A stretch of DNA of 64,000 bases from Octopus bimaculoides (GCF_001194135.2 NC_068984.1:25296142-25360141); one strand, 5' to 3'; counted from the stretch's first letter, positions 40,508 through 54,827 are shown. Program-made: numbers and translations. Notes: a model not told the origin generated them from the letters alone.

Positions 40508-40732
40508 TTAACCCTTTGGCTTCCAGGTTATTGTCAAATGTAATATTCGTTTATTCACAGTGTTTTTAATTACTCGTGTATTATCTTGTAGCTTTGAGAA
40601 TTTCATGATCAATTGCTTATTTTTAGAAGGACATTGTAAGATATGTGTGAGAGGCTGTTTCTGGCTGGTTTGAATATAGAACAGGAAGAATATTTTGGCT
40701 GGATATAGCCGGTTTAAATGCTAAAGGGTTAA
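40508..40732. mobile_element. TTAA-ended MITE (piggyBac-like)
   Basis: TTAA-CCCTTT ... AAAGGG-TTAA; the body is the reverse-oriented relative of 105-319. Confidence 0.75.
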
Positions 40733-42025
40733 ATACATGAACATCATTACAAGCAAACTAACCTGGCACTATGTCACCTTGGCACATACCTAGAGGGACT
40801 ATGGTTGTTTGACCCCAAATCAACTGTAGTTGAACAGACTTCTGATCAAAGGCATTTCAACCAGAGTTATCCTGTTTTGTTTGCATATCTAAGAATAAAT
40901 TGGCTAATATGTCCATCCTCTTTTTTTTCTTTTTAGATGGTAGGGTAGATAAATATGATTAGTTATAATATCACGACTAATGAGCACATTCTTTATTAAT
41001 GAGAAGAGGAACAGAATTTGCATCCATCTCATTATTCTTTCTTTGCCATAGTACTGGACAAGTTTAGAATGTTTAAAACATCTCAATTCAATTAAATATG
41101 ACAATTTATCTCCCCAATCGTTACATCACTGCTCAATGAGTAACACTTGTAGGGGGTATGATGAGGGAATTTGGCTGTTATTTCTAACAAAACCAAGTAA
41201 CCACATAGTGGCTCCCCAATTAGCTCAGTTGAGAGAATATTAGACTGAAGAGTGACTGTGATACTAATAGATGCATATGTCAGCCAAATCATTCCCATGT
41301 GCTAATTAAATACAGGAATTCAACAACTTGGATACACAAACTAGGATAATTACATTCCCACACAACTCGTTTCAGAATATTAAAAAAAAAACTATTTTCC
41401 TTACATTTTTTATTTGGTCTTTCTATAATTCAACTAATTTAAATTTTAATATTTAGGACAGTTCTTTTCTGCAGCCAGATGCTCACTTTTCTAACAAGAC
41501 ACTACCATAATGAACTAGGATTCACATTTTGTTTTCAGCTGGACAGAGTAGGAGAAGCCAGTTAAGGTAACATATGTGAAGGTGAGCAACAAAATAACTG
41601 TAGTCAATTTTGGTCTCCTGGTGGAACCCAGCTACTGAACTTCACAGCATTTGTGCCTTTATATGTTTCAAACATACACAAAATATATAAAGAAAGCCTC
41701 GCAAGCTCTTGTTTTTCACAAGTATATTCCATTTTCAAAGTCAAAAGTAATAGGAAAATAACAAAAAAGAATATATAAAGGAAAGAAAACTGTCTACATA
41801 TCTGTACATATATATACACATACATAACAAAAGAGATAATCCCAGAGGAGTGAGATTAATTTTAGTTTGCATCACAGGGGATGGGCAAAACTAAGCTTAC
41901 ACATTCCATTGCAGGTAACTTGACAGATCAAGTATTAAACAGTAGTGGTGGCAGTGAATGTAGTAGCAGTTGAAGTATTTGTTGTGATAATAGTAGCAAC
42001 TACTAATATATTCAGTAAATATAAT

Positions 42026-43455
42026 ATGGTTACAGAAAAATAGCTTAATGTAAATACAAAATTCATAAATTATCTTTGTCCTGAAATTGCAAGACAGAAA
42101 AATCTGTCAATATTGCCATGCTCAATTAACAGGCTTCACTGTTTAATTTGATCTGAACTTAATGATATATATATATATAACCATCTTTCTGTAAGCATTT
42201 GTAATATGGTTAAAGAGATGGCTTAATGAAAATAAAATGAAATGTTAAAAAATTATTCATATCCCAAGATTAAAAGACAGAAAATTTCTAAGAACTGTCA
42301 TGCTTAAATGAGCAGTCTTCACTGTTTGTCTTGATCTGAACTAAATAACATAAACAACAAGAGCACTCAGAGAGTGCAAACCTCCACCAAGGCAATATCA
42401 ACGTCCTCCTAACAATTAGCCAGAAATGATTTTTAAAATGAGACTATCTGAAATAAACTTGACTGCTCTCACAAACGAGAATACTAAAAATGAACCCGAC
42501 CGCTCTCAAAGATTAAGTAAAAAAAAAACAGAAAAATAATCCAGAGTCTTTGTCCAGTACCTCATCGATCCCAATGGTAGTCATGGAATGTGAAGGTGGC
42601 TGTAGAAAATTTAGTGACAGTAATAAATAGTTTATCCTTATCTAATACAGTCCAAAGTTAATAAATTCACCATTCAAAATAGTTTCAAAGGCGGAGGTAA
42701 TAATAATAAGTTCTACTTAGGAATTTTTAAATGAATAGCATGAGACCTTTTGGTTTTCTCTTAAATTCCAGCCTTCCTTTAGTATTCCTGTTGTTTTAGA
42801 TCGATGTTTAGAAGTATGTATATATGTAAGTATAATGTAGTGTTAATATGTATGTATAATATATATATTATAAAAATATGTTAGTGTTATTTAATTTCTG
42901 AATGGTTTTGCTGCCATTTGTTTATGTAGTTTGATTTCTTTATCCATCAGTTTCTACTAAGATAGAGATGTGAGTAAAATTAATAATAGAGAAATAAAAA
43001 TAAAACTTTGGAAACAACCTAAAGGGAGATAACTGAGAAAGACTTGAAAGTCAACGTAAGATCATAATCATGCAAAGTAAAGTAAATATAACAAATAATC
43101 CAGAATCCTTGTCAGGTACCGGATCAATACCAAAATCTAATCAGTTCGTGCCAGCCATGAGGCCAAACATCCCTGAAAGTTTCATCTGTGTCCATCCAGC
43201 AGTTCTTGAGATATCTTGTCCACAGACAAACAAACAAATACAACTGAAAACAATACCTCAGCTTTTGCCAAGGTAGAGGTAATAACAGAGTAAAGCATCT
43301 CTGTAACCATATGCAATTTCGTTACAGTAACGGTTTAATGAAAATAAAAATAAACATTTTTTTAAAAATTTGTATCCTTAGATTGAAAGACAGAAAATTT
43401 CTAAATACTGATATGCTTTAATGAACAGTCTTCATTGTTTAATTTTATCTGAACT
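42026..43455. repeat. Three diverged copies of an about 135-bp unit (42026-42159, 42206-42342, about 43315-43455)
   Basis: Shared core aagacagaaaat..atgct..aa..cag.cttca.tgttt....t.atctgaact; copies 1 and 2 have a 180-bp period. Confidence 0.8.
42356..43285 (-). mobile_element. Helentron-associated (HINE/DINE-1-like) non-autonomous elements: one at 42356-42703 and a partial one at about 43080-43285
   Basis: Terminal hairpin GCACTC-aga-GAGTGC at 42363-42377 next to subterminal repeat acctccaccaaggc; opposite ends aaggcggaggtaataa and gccaaggtagaggtaataa. Confidence 0.7.
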
Positions 43456-44750
43456 TTTGTTTTTAATTGATAAATTAACTTTTCAAAATAAGTTAAATCT
43501 GGTTGGTTATCTGTTTAAAATGTTTGTTATAATTAATGAAATTACACATTTCAAGGCATGCTCTGGCCTAAGGCATACATGCTATTTCCTCTCTTTGTCT
43601 ATTTTATTGTGACAATAACTTCTGTTCCTTAGAACTGACCAGTTTGTACCTCTTCTATTTTGACAATCCTGCCCTGCTCATCTCTCTCTCTCTTTCTCTC
43701 TCTACTCACCCCTTGGGTATGCATCAACATACACAGTTCTATATGTTCAAACTGTACTACACTTCTGTGTTGTGATATTTATGAGGCAGGTAGTTAGGGC
43801 TATGGCAGAACCGGTAGGATACTAAGACAAACAGTCTAGTAATATTTAGTTATATCCCTTTACATTCTAAGTTCAAATTCTGCTGGTGTTGATTTTGTCA
43901 TCCTCCTGCAGAATATGTGACTCTGGCAAAGTTAAAAATTATTATCATTCTTATTCTCAGAGTCAATAAAAATGTCTTCTTTTCCACACACGCATATAAA
44001 ATATCTCTAAATACTTTGTCAAGTTCACTTCAAGTCTTATTTACAATAAAATGAATATATAAAATGTATATTGAAGATCAGATTTATTATGGTTTACTCT
44101 TCAAGTCTTAACCTTGAGTCATAAATAATAATTAATCTAAAACATTCAGAATATCAACTTCTAAGAAATATGAAATGAGTTCTGTGAAATAATTAGGTAA
44201 CCCTCTATGTTCTGGATTTAGACCCCACTGGATAAATATAAAATGAAAAGTAAAATAAATAAGAGTAAAACAGATCATGGTTAGATACTAAGATATAAGA
44301 TTATTGTCAATAACAAGACATCTCTAGCAGAGTCTGTGAAGATACTCTTGTCTGTAGGACAATAACAGCATTCATTAGAAAGTGAAACAAATATTCCTTT
44401 ATCTATTAGCTTCTGTGGATCTTCTTATTCATTGCTGCTGGCGCCAGATGACGCCAAAGGGCATCTCTGAAAGTTGTTTATTATTTTGGAGAGAGAGAGA
44501 GAGCAGTGATGCTAACCAAAAGAATTCTACATATCAAAGGAGGTAGTATAATATGATTATTTCAAATTGTGTAGAGTACAAATTCAGTGTGAAAGATTAT
44601 AAATTTCTCTTTCAAAAAGAATGTAATCTTGAGGTAAAATATTTCTAGGCTACAATTTCTACTGAATCAATTCTCTGACCTGACTTAAGCTGAGTGTAAA
44701 TAAATAGTTTTGAAATACAAAGTATGCATAAGGCATTTTGTACTCAATTA

Positions 44751-45008
<258 letters not shown>

Positions 45009-46539
45009 GAAACAAAAACCATAACTATGGATGTTTTTTCCAGCTAATCTCACACATACAACTTGCAGAAATGTGTGCCTATGTGCATGTTCTGCATATA
45101 AATTATTTCCATGATGGTTTTATTATATTAATATTTTATAGAAATCCTGAAGTCTATACTAATTCCTACATTACAAGTAGAAATGAAACAATGTCAGAAG
45201 ACGGCTGCTGTGAACTTTTTTTTTTTTTTTTTAATGGTTCTAATCCATACACCTCTCAAGTAATATGCTGGCATTAAACAACTGAATTGTTTAGACCAAA
45301 TCGCAAGCATTTGAGTAATATATCAGGGCATGTTTATTGAAATATTCACCATCCTGACAAAAGTATGAACAGCTAATTTACAAAGAAACTATCACATAAA
45401 TAGGAAACAAAAACTTTTAAGACAAATGTAAAACAATGACCTTTCATTTCTTAATAAGCATTGGCTGCTGCAGTTCACTCCTTATAATAAAAACAAATAT
45501 ATATATACATTTGAACATTTATTACTGGTGCATTAGCAAGATCTTTGAATATCCCACACAATCAGTTAAATATTTTGAAAACATTTACAGTTTTTGATAT
45601 TAAAACAGGATAGAGGAGAAGATAGGCAAATGCCAAACCCATTTCACAATGAACAATCACATGGAAGACAAGATGAAGATATAACCTTTCAGTGACCTTA
45701 TGTTGGGGCTAACCTTATGTTGAGAAGCCAAAATCTCAGTTAATAACAAAGTAGGTTAATTTCTAGCACTTCAACTCCACCTTACTAATTAGCAATGACA
45801 GAAAAAATAACCAAGTTCAAACACTAGTTGGAAATGTGGCTATATTTTTTCATTGTCTTGAATAATTAAGAAACCACTGCTGACATTTGTTTTTAAGTCC
45901 TCCCACACACACACACACACACACCACCCTCACTAGAAAATAGGCTTCTGAATAAAGTATTGTTCTTTAATCACATCAAGATTACAAATTACGAACTGCA
46001 GTACCTACTGTTTTGTCTTAGCTGTAACTACAACTCAATAAGCATTCAAAGATTGGATATATTTGTCAGAAAACCATTCCTGAGAGAGAGAGAGAGAGAG
46101 AAATATAAAAGGAAGTTTAGTTCCGACTTGTTATTGATAAATATGGCTCATGGTTATAACTACTGATTCATTCATTCAGTTCTTTAAACTGACAGGAAGT
46201 TATCTACTTATAGATTTCAGGAATTGAATTTACCATTCCAAACACATATATTCTTCTGAGTGGTTAAACATAAATCTCAAGCTTATTAAAAGACATCAGA
46301 CAATAATTCGGTCTTGATACTGTAAAACATTAACACCAAATAACGGCCAAGTAGATACAATAAGTAACGTGCATATTCAGATTAAAATTGAAACCAAAGC
46401 AACAACAGCTATAACTAACTGAATGACAATGTCGGCATTACTGGGAGAACAGCTTACAGGAAGAGATGAGAAATGGTGAGGAGGAAGAGAAACAAGGTAA
46501 ATTTGTGGCTTGCTGTACTATCTTTTAATCTTTATCTTT

Positions 46540-46860
46540 TACTTGTTTCAGTCATTGGACTGTGGCCTTGAAGGGGCTCAGCTGGAAAAAAAAATCTATT
46601 CCGGTACTTTCTTTCTTTGTTACTAGTATTTATACTCTCAATCTCTTTTGACAGACTGTTAAGTTATGGAGGATGTAAACAACCCAGCACCAGTTGTCAA
46701 ATGGTAGATGAAGACACACACAGACAAACAATGGGATTCCGCTCAGTTTCTGTCTATCAAATTCACTCACAAGGTATTGGTTGGCCCAGAGCTATAGTAG
46801 AAGACACTTTCCCAAAGAGCCACTCAGAAGGGACAACCTAAAACCATGCTTGCACATAGC
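46540..46860 (-). mobile_element. SINE family A (diverged)
   Basis: tttacttgtttcagtcattggactg ... ctatagtagaagacac. Confidence 0.7.
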
Positions 46861-48208
46861 CAATATTCACATGTGGACTACATTACTTTTCAGTTAAGAA
46901 GTTCATCCCAATTCACAAATTCTTCAAGATCTACAAAAGTCAATCTAATGTAGATTACTAGTGCTTAATGCATGACATTTACCAAAATTTGTATTACATT
47001 CCTAATCTGCAGAATTCAGCTGAAACCAAAATCACTTTCCACCAAGGACAGCAATGCTCAGCCAATTTTGAAATGCACCACATCACACAAACTGTACTAA
47101 CATTGTTTATATTCATTCTAAAAGAAATAAGGAAGTCTAATGCAAAAGAGAAACTAATCTATCCCTCTGTCATCCATAATTGTTCTGTTATGGAATTACA
47201 GGCTTTCTGAGCTGTTCATGTTAAAATTTTCAATGGGATGTTGAATTAATTACCCTCATATTTAATTTAGTAGAAAGTTAAACAACAAAAGTATCTGAAA
47301 ATGTATCACAACTAGTGTGCCATGTTAAATAGTTTCGTATTCCTGAGTACCTCATAGAAATGCCCTGACTAGTGTAACCTTCCATATATAATGCAATACC
47401 AAACTTGTCAGCCACCACTGCCAGTTGTCACCCTGAAATGACCTGATGCCAACACCTGTGTTTTCCTACAGTATTCTGACAGTCTTGAAAGTTGTCCAGA
47501 GCTAGAGTTGATTAATGGACTTGTTTTTGTTGTTGTTGTTTAGCCCCAGGACAGCTTTCTCTGACACAGTTTATCCAGGTTTACATTATTGAATGTATAC
47601 TTTTCTACAATGGAAGATATTGATATGAGAAATATTTAGTTGCTATTTCTGGCAGATCACGCAACCATGTAGAGGTTTTGGACTTTAGAAAAGAACCTCA
47701 TGACAATTTTCACTGCATTAAATTCTCTTTCAAATTTTTGTTCATAGATATTTGAAGCAGATCTAAAATTTAGAAAGTGATGAGGTAACTTGGCATGTAG
47801 GCCTCTAGGATGAAACAACCAAGGATGATAAGTGGTAATATGCTGCACAACAAATCTAACTCATACTAGCATGGAAAAATGGACATCAAAGCTACAACGA
47901 CAATGACAATGGTGATCATTCCTGACAAAGAGAGAGAGAGAGAGAGAGTGTGTGTGTGTGTGTGCATTCAATTTTCTATGGCTTGATGCCCTTCTTGTTG
48001 CCAACCACCACTTGTTTGTAAATGAGGTCATAATCATAAGCAACAAACATGTTTACATAAAGAACTGGAAACAACTGACACCATACGAATGAACTTGGTT
48101 ATGCTTTCAGGGTGGGCTATCAGTAAACAACGGTGAGCATATATAATATAATAATGAAAGTGTTGTATGCAATGCTCAGGTGCACTACAACTTTAAAAAA
48201 AAAAAAAA

Positions 48209-48530
48209 GGCCATCAGGTTGCACTGTTGGCGAATTTCAAGAATCATGGAAGTTTTGGAGGATGTAGTGTCTCGACAGCTAACAACTGACGCAGGTAGTT
48301 TATTCCATGCTTCAGCAATTCTCAGCGTGAAAAAAATGTTTCCAAAAGTCAAGGGTGCTGTCTTATTTTTTGATTTTAAAAGCATGTCCGCGAGTGTTTG
48401 TCATATGGAATTCAAAATTCAAAAAAGTGCTCAAGGTTGTTGTAGTTGGAAAGATGGTGGATAATCTTGTGGATGTCTATCAAGTTAGTTGCCAGATGTC
48501 TGAGCTTCAATATGTGAAGACAAAGGAATT
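48209..48530 (-). pseudogene. CR1-clade LINE 3' end remnant
   Basis: LKLRHLATNLIDIHKII..TNTRGHAFKIKK..NIFFTLRIAEAWNKLPASVVSC matches the CR1 C-terminal TRGH / FF..R....WN.LP..VV motifs. Confidence 0.8.
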
Positions 48531-49347
48531 GCAAACTCACTCACACACAGATATACTCTGTAAAATAGAGTGGCATTAGCAACGGTGTCCAGGTGTAGAA
48601 ACCAAGCCAAAGCAGACATGGCTTGGCATAGTCTTCTGACCGACCAGCTCCCACTGAATTGTCCAACCCACACCAGCAGGGAAGACAGATGTGAAATGAT
48701 GGTGGTAGTGGTGATGATGATGATGACCTGTGTGTGTGCGTGTGTGCAGATGGGGACGGATGGGGACACACAAACACATACATATGAATATGATGATCTT
48801 TCAGTCTCTATTGACCAACTCCGCTTACAAGGCTTTAGTGAGCCCATGACTATAGTAGGAGACACTTGGCCAACATGCCACAGTAGGACTGAACCAAGAA
48901 CCATGTGGTTGAAAAGTGAACATCATAACTACAGATACCCTTTTCAATCAGCAGAAACAATCAGTATAAAATTAAGATTGATATTGTAATTGTTATTCTG
49001 AATTTACTCCGATCCGAACAAGTTTATGCATACAGATTAGCTGACTCAAAGATTTTAAAGTAACTCTCAAAGTCAAAATATAAGACATTTTTCGTTTTTT
49101 TTTTCTTTTTCTTTTCTTTTTTATTCCATTTAAAATACATTCTGTAGTAACTAGTAATTTTATCCATACTGGTAATCTGAAATTAATTGAAACGCTTAAA
49201 TACCACATGAATAAATAGTCTAGCTTGCCATCATATCACCATATAACCAAAACACCATCAGACTTAAAGATTATAAAACACTTGCTAAAAGCAACATTAC
49301 ACAAGAGATTGTATAAATATTCTCAAAACTAGATTCTAGATTCTTAT

Positions 49348-49383
<36 letters not shown>

Positions 49384-50009
49384 AGAAAGAGAGAGATAAA
49401 AGGAGGGGTGAGAGAAAGAGAGAGGGGAATTTCAATTTCTTTAAAATTTCCATTTTAGTGAAATAATTAACCATGCATAAAAATGATTTCTGAAGAGAGT
49501 CCACAAAAATTCTCAATTTCTATTAACTTTTTCTTATGTAAATCAATTTAATTTCATATAATTTAAAAGAGGTGGGAAATAGAATATATTTCAGTTCTGT
49601 AAATATCTATCTTAACTAAGACAGTTTATAAGAAAAACAGAAAGTTAATACTTTGTATTAACATCAACATTTGAACTGGAAGAAACTGATACGTTAATAA
49701 ATAAATTTTCTTGCAATAAAATTCATTTTACTTTTGAAACTGAGTGATTATGAAAAATTATTAAACACATATCTTAAATAATGCATTTCTCTTGTTTTAA
49801 ATAACTAAAAATTTACATCTTTATCATCTTATGTTAATAGCCATAGCTGTCAATTCTCACTCAGTGTCTTTACAGATAGCTTATTCAGCAGAAATACTAA
49901 CTGGTTAACAAATAATTCTTAGGTTTCTATTCATACAGCGACTAGTTGTTTTATGGCTCACTTTACTGATGTCAGCTTAACAAAAATCAGTAACTTTATT
50001 TAAAATGAT

Positions 50010-50416
50010 GTTATAATGGTTTCAAATTTTGGCACAGAGCCAGCAGTTTTTGAGGGTGGGGAGTCAATTAAATCCACCCCAGTACTTGATAGGTTCTTAT
50101 TTTATTGACCCAAAAAAGGATGAAAGGTAGCAAAGTCAACTTTGGTGGAATATGGATTCATAATGTAAAGATAGATGAAATGCTACTAAGCATTTTGTCG
50201 AAGCAGCATTTTGAATTCAATAAAAAAAATAATAGCAATAATGATAATGATTTCAAATTTTGGCACAAGGCCAGCAATTTCGGGGGAGGGGGTAAGTTGA
50301 TTACATTTATTACCACCATCACCCGAGTGCTTAACTGTTACTTTATTTTATCAACTGCAAAGGGAGGAAAGGCAATGTTGAGCTCAGCAGGATTTGAACT
50401 CAGAATGTAAAGAGCC

Positions 50417-50457
<41 letters not shown>

Positions 50458-50880
50458 TTTCAAATTTTGGCACAAAGCCAGCAATTTCAGAGGAGGGGTA
50501 AGTCAATTATATCGACCCCAGTGCTTACTGGTTCTTAGTTTTTTTTTCAATCCTGAAAGGATGAAAGGCAAAGTTGACCTCGGCAGAATTTGAACTCGGA
50601 ACGTAAAGAGCTGGAAAAAAATGTCATTAAGCCTTTTGTCCAACATGGAAGCCATTCTGCCAGCTTGCTGCCTTCAATAACATTGATGATGGTTTTCCTG
50701 TTTAAGGCAAAAGGCCTAGAATTAAGGGGAGGGGTTTAGCTGATACTATTGATCCCAGCATTTTTATTTTATTTGATGTTAACAACCCCCGGACGGGTGA
50801 AAGGCAAAGTTGGCCTCAGTAGGATTTTAATTTCATTTTATTGACCTGAGAGAAATAAAAAGCAAAATCAACCTCTAGCA
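50010..50880 (-). mobile_element. Pile-up of about five SINE family C copies separated by (TAA)n
   Basis: Repeated tttcaaattttggcaca(a/g)agccagca at about 50021, 50250 and 50458, plus further degraded units. Confidence 0.85.
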
Positions 50881-53424
50881 AAATTTTAATTCGAAACCTA
50901 AAATATCATAAATATGACATGCTATTGAGAAAAGAGAATTAGGATCAGGAGAAAAAAAACACTTGCATATCTTTCTTGGAGTCTTGTATAAAAATAAGAA
51001 GGAGGACAGATCAGCACCTAAAGTTACAAGTCATCTTCAAACATCTGTCATACCAAATGAAGATAAAAGCACTCTAGAAATAGCATAAGTTTTAATAAAT
51101 GTATATTCTCTCTTATATAAACACAAACTTGATTTTGCATTTTACTCTAATCTATGAATGGCTAAAATGTTAAATTCAACTAAAACTTTGCAAAAAAAAA
51201 AATAGAAAAGAAAAGATGCCATGCTTTTATTTCATTATCCAGAACACTTCACATAAAACAGACACCCAACAAAAAATAGTGTATGCATGTTATAGTGAGC
51301 TTATGTGAAATTACTTTCAAATAACTTTATTGACCTACAAAAAAATGTGTTGAATGCTCAACCCTTCTTCCTCTCCTCTCCCCTCTCTCTCTCTCTCAGC
51401 TGTTGTGTCAATAGGAAACAAAATTTAGAATTTACATCTGAAAAATATAAAATATCACAGTCACTGGGATGGGGGAATCCATTTATTGGTATTTTAATCC
51501 TCATATAGCAAAGTATGACATATTTTATAACTTAGGTTTAAACCATTTTGTCTGACAATACATACAGTCACAGTTCTTATCTCGTCTGCATACAGTAGGA
51601 AACGGAGAAGAAACAACAGAATTGGTTACCAGTATCTTTTATCTTTTACTTGTTTCAGTTATTGGATTGCAGCTATGCTGGGACATAGCCTTGAGTACAG
51701 ATATAACTACTAATGAATGACAAATATTTTGACAAAATAAATAAATATCTGATGTTACGAGATCCAGGAGCAATCTTGTCAAAGAGAAATAATTGTGTTA
51801 ATCACCTTCAGTACATATTCCTGGAACTGAGATGGAAGATATTCAATGTAAATAAACAAGCTACATCAATTACAATTAAAATTAATTGATTCTAATTTAG
51901 GTGCAATGCCAACAATTTGGAGGAAGGGGCCAATCAATTACATAAGCACCCAATATTTGACTAGTATTCTATTTTGTAGACCACTGATGGAAGAAAAGCA
52001 AAATTGCCCACAGTAGGAAAGCTTTGCCTTTCATTCCCTCTGGGAAATTGAACTCGGAAAACAATGCCAGGAAAAATAATACCACTAAGCATTTTGCTCA
52101 GCATGCTAACAATTCAACCAATCCACTGCAATAATAATAGGAAATCAACATACCATCATGAAAGAAAGAAAAAGGGTTGATAAATATGGAGACCTGAGAA
52201 TTGAGATCACTAAGATGTGGCAGCTATGAGAGTCAAACACAAAGATTGTCTCTATTGTCATCAGAGCACCCAATGAAGAAAATGAATGACACTGCTTATA
52301 TGACAGTGATACTCATTTACAACTATCAGCCAAGTCAATTCAAGGAGGGTGGGAGAGAAACACACACACACACAATGGGCTTCTTTCAGTTTCCATCGAT
52401 AAAATCTACTTACAAGATTTTGGTTGGTCAGGTGTTCTTTCTAAAAAAATAAGCATATCAAACATTAAAGAGGAGAATGGGAGAACTTAGTTATTTCCTT
52501 ACTGGACAAAATATTGAAATTCAGTATCAGAAGAAAGATTTGAACACATGACCCTTTAATAAAAGGGTATATTGTACTTTGTAGAGCTATATAGAAATAT
52601 ATATTAATAAGTGTCAGTTTTCTCATGATTTCTGAGATATTAATTCAAGAAAACATCATCAAATCATGAGAAATATGATTAAGGGAATTGAAATGAGGAA
52701 AATTATTGGAAACATAATATAACATTAACAAAACAAATAATAATGAAAAGGTAACAATTTTACATGGATACAATAGATCATAATTTTGATTTATAACACC
52801 TTCCCAAACAGATAAATTGTAACTTACGTATGCAAATATAAAAACAACTCAACATATACACACTTACATAATATTACAATACATACACAAACACACATAT
52901 ATGTAAAACAGAGACAAACACAGACATATGACTAACATTTTATTTCATATAAACATATATATTAATATAAACATGAATTTATTATATAAGTGCTATAAAC
53001 ACTTTATCATCTTTATTTTGGCAACAGTTCATTAATCACCCAGATACTAACCTTCATACACACACATACACGTAAATGCATGCACACACACACTTGCATA
53101 CACACATACACTCACGTGCACACACACACACACTTGCATGCACACATACACTCATATGCACACATACAATGGTTGATTAGTTTCTGTAAGTGTCCAAAAC
53201 TATTGAGAAACCTAATAAGCTAGGTTACTATTTTTTTCCTATTTAATCCGTCTAAATTAATAACGGAGACATTTTAAATGTATTATTCGATAATAAGTTG
53301 GAGAGGCCAGGGTAAATATTAATAGTTTTGCAGACTCCTTTATACACCAACTAATAATAATATAGAAATAAGATAAATCTTCACATATGCATTCATCCTG
53401 AAACGTTCTTGTTTGGAGACAGAC

Positions 53425-53474
<50 letters not shown>

Positions 53475-53880
53475 NNNNNNNNNNNNNNNNNNNNNNNNNN
53501 NNNNNNNNNNNNNNNNNNNNNNNNNNNNNNNNNNNNNNNNNNNNNNNNNNNNNNNNNNNNNNNNNNNNNNNNNNNNNNNNNNNNNNNNNNNNNNNNNNNN
53601 NNNNNNNNNNNNNNNNNNNNNNNNNNNNNNNNNNNNNNNNNNNNNNNNNNNNNNNNNNNNNNNNNNNNNNNNNNNNNNNNNNNNNNNNNNNNNNNNNNNN
53701 NNNNNNNNNNNNNNNNNNNNNNNNNNNNNNNNNNNNNNNNNNNNNNNNNNNNNNNNNNNNNNNNNNNNNNNNNNNNNNNNNNNNNNNNNNNNNNNNNNNN
53801 NNNNNNNNNNNNNNNNNNNNNNNNNNNNNNNNNNNNNNNNNNNNNNNNNNNNNNNNNNNNNNNNNNNNNNNNNNNNNNNN
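53475..53880. other. Assembly gap (N run) following (CA)n
   Basis: Seen directly. Confidence 1.
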
Positions 53881-53932
53881 ATTGTAGTTTGTTAACTGCT
53901 CTGGTTCCTTTTTCAATTCATTTTGAAAAAGT

Positions 53933-54210
53933 TGCCAGTACCCCTGGACTGGCCCTTGTGCAGGTGGCATGTAAAATGCACCATTTCGAGTGTGGCCGTT
54001 GTCAGTCACCCATCTGACTGGCCCTCGTGCCGGTGGCATGTAAAAGCACCCACTACACTCTCGGAGTGGTTGGCATTAGGAAGGGCATCCAGCTGTAGAA
54101 ACTTTGCCAAATCAGATTGGAGCCTGGTGTCGCCTCCTGGTCCACCAGTCCTCAGTCAAATCGTCCAACCCAAGCAGACGTTAAACGATGACGACGATGA
54201 TGATGATGAT
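53933..54210 (+). mobile_element. SINE family B with (GAT)n tail
   Basis: gccagtacc..gactggccc..aaaagcacccactacactctcggagtggttggc..ttaaacgatgacgacgatgat. Confidence 0.85.
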
Positions 54211-54411
54211 TTCTGTTGAAATACACTGCCTTTGTTACAATTAATTTTGAGACTAATGAAAAATTCAGTAACTCTATCATTAAGCTGGTCTTGAGAACAC
54301 AAATTAATGTGAAATTTTAATGAGAGGTTTCAATTTAGATCACTTTAAAACAGGAAGTATGTATTTTACAACCAAGGGTAATCTCAGGCAGAGTGGTATT
54401 AAATGGGCTAA
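54209..54411. mobile_element. TTAA-ended MITE lacking its left terminus
   Basis: atttctgttgaaatacactgcc body shared with 35912 onward; ends ggtattaaatgggctaa. Confidence 0.65.
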
Positions 54412-54717
54412 GCTTAAACAAACTTAATAAAGAGATAATCACATCTGAACTGCAATCAAAACTATCTTTAAATAAATCTGAGGAAACATCAGTACCAAAA
54501 CTTAAGATCTAAGAACAAAATGCTAAACTATTCAATTATAAAGTCACATTAATACTCTTTACTGAAAAGTCAAACTAGACCCAGCTCGCATGTTAAACTA
54601 TTTTAATTAATTAGTTAAGCATTTTTTTTTTAAAGTTAAAACCATTTGCTATTTGATATGTATAAGCATATGCTAAAAGGAAATACATGAAGCATTAACA
54701 GTTGGGTCTGAACTTAC

Positions 54718-54827
54718 GTTACATGGCAAGAACTGCTTATGTCAAACAAAAACTTTTGAGAGTGAAAGACTAGCTTCAAAGATATATAAATGATGAAATT
54801 TGCAGATCTGTCCAACTTAAACTAGAA
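54718..54827 (-). other. Candidate non-coding (5' UTR) exon, 110 nt
   Basis: Strong acceptor cattttatctttaatttcag|TTCTAG and strong donor GTAAC|gtaagt; stops in all three frames. Confidence 0.4.

Noticed and set aside
47657-47760. Protein-like minus frame SASNIYEQKFEREFNAVKIVMRFFSK after a good acceptor
   Set aside because: No donor before the stop and no recognisable homology.
50010-50880. Regularly spaced repeats resembling a CRISPR-like array
   Set aside because: Eukaryotic SINE fragments of unequal length, with no unique spacers and no cas genes.
53257-54219. Longest ORFs in the track (160-260 aa)
   Set aside because: Open only because they cross an N-gap and (CA)n; the same applies to 57951-58394, 29308-29577 and 61214-61435.
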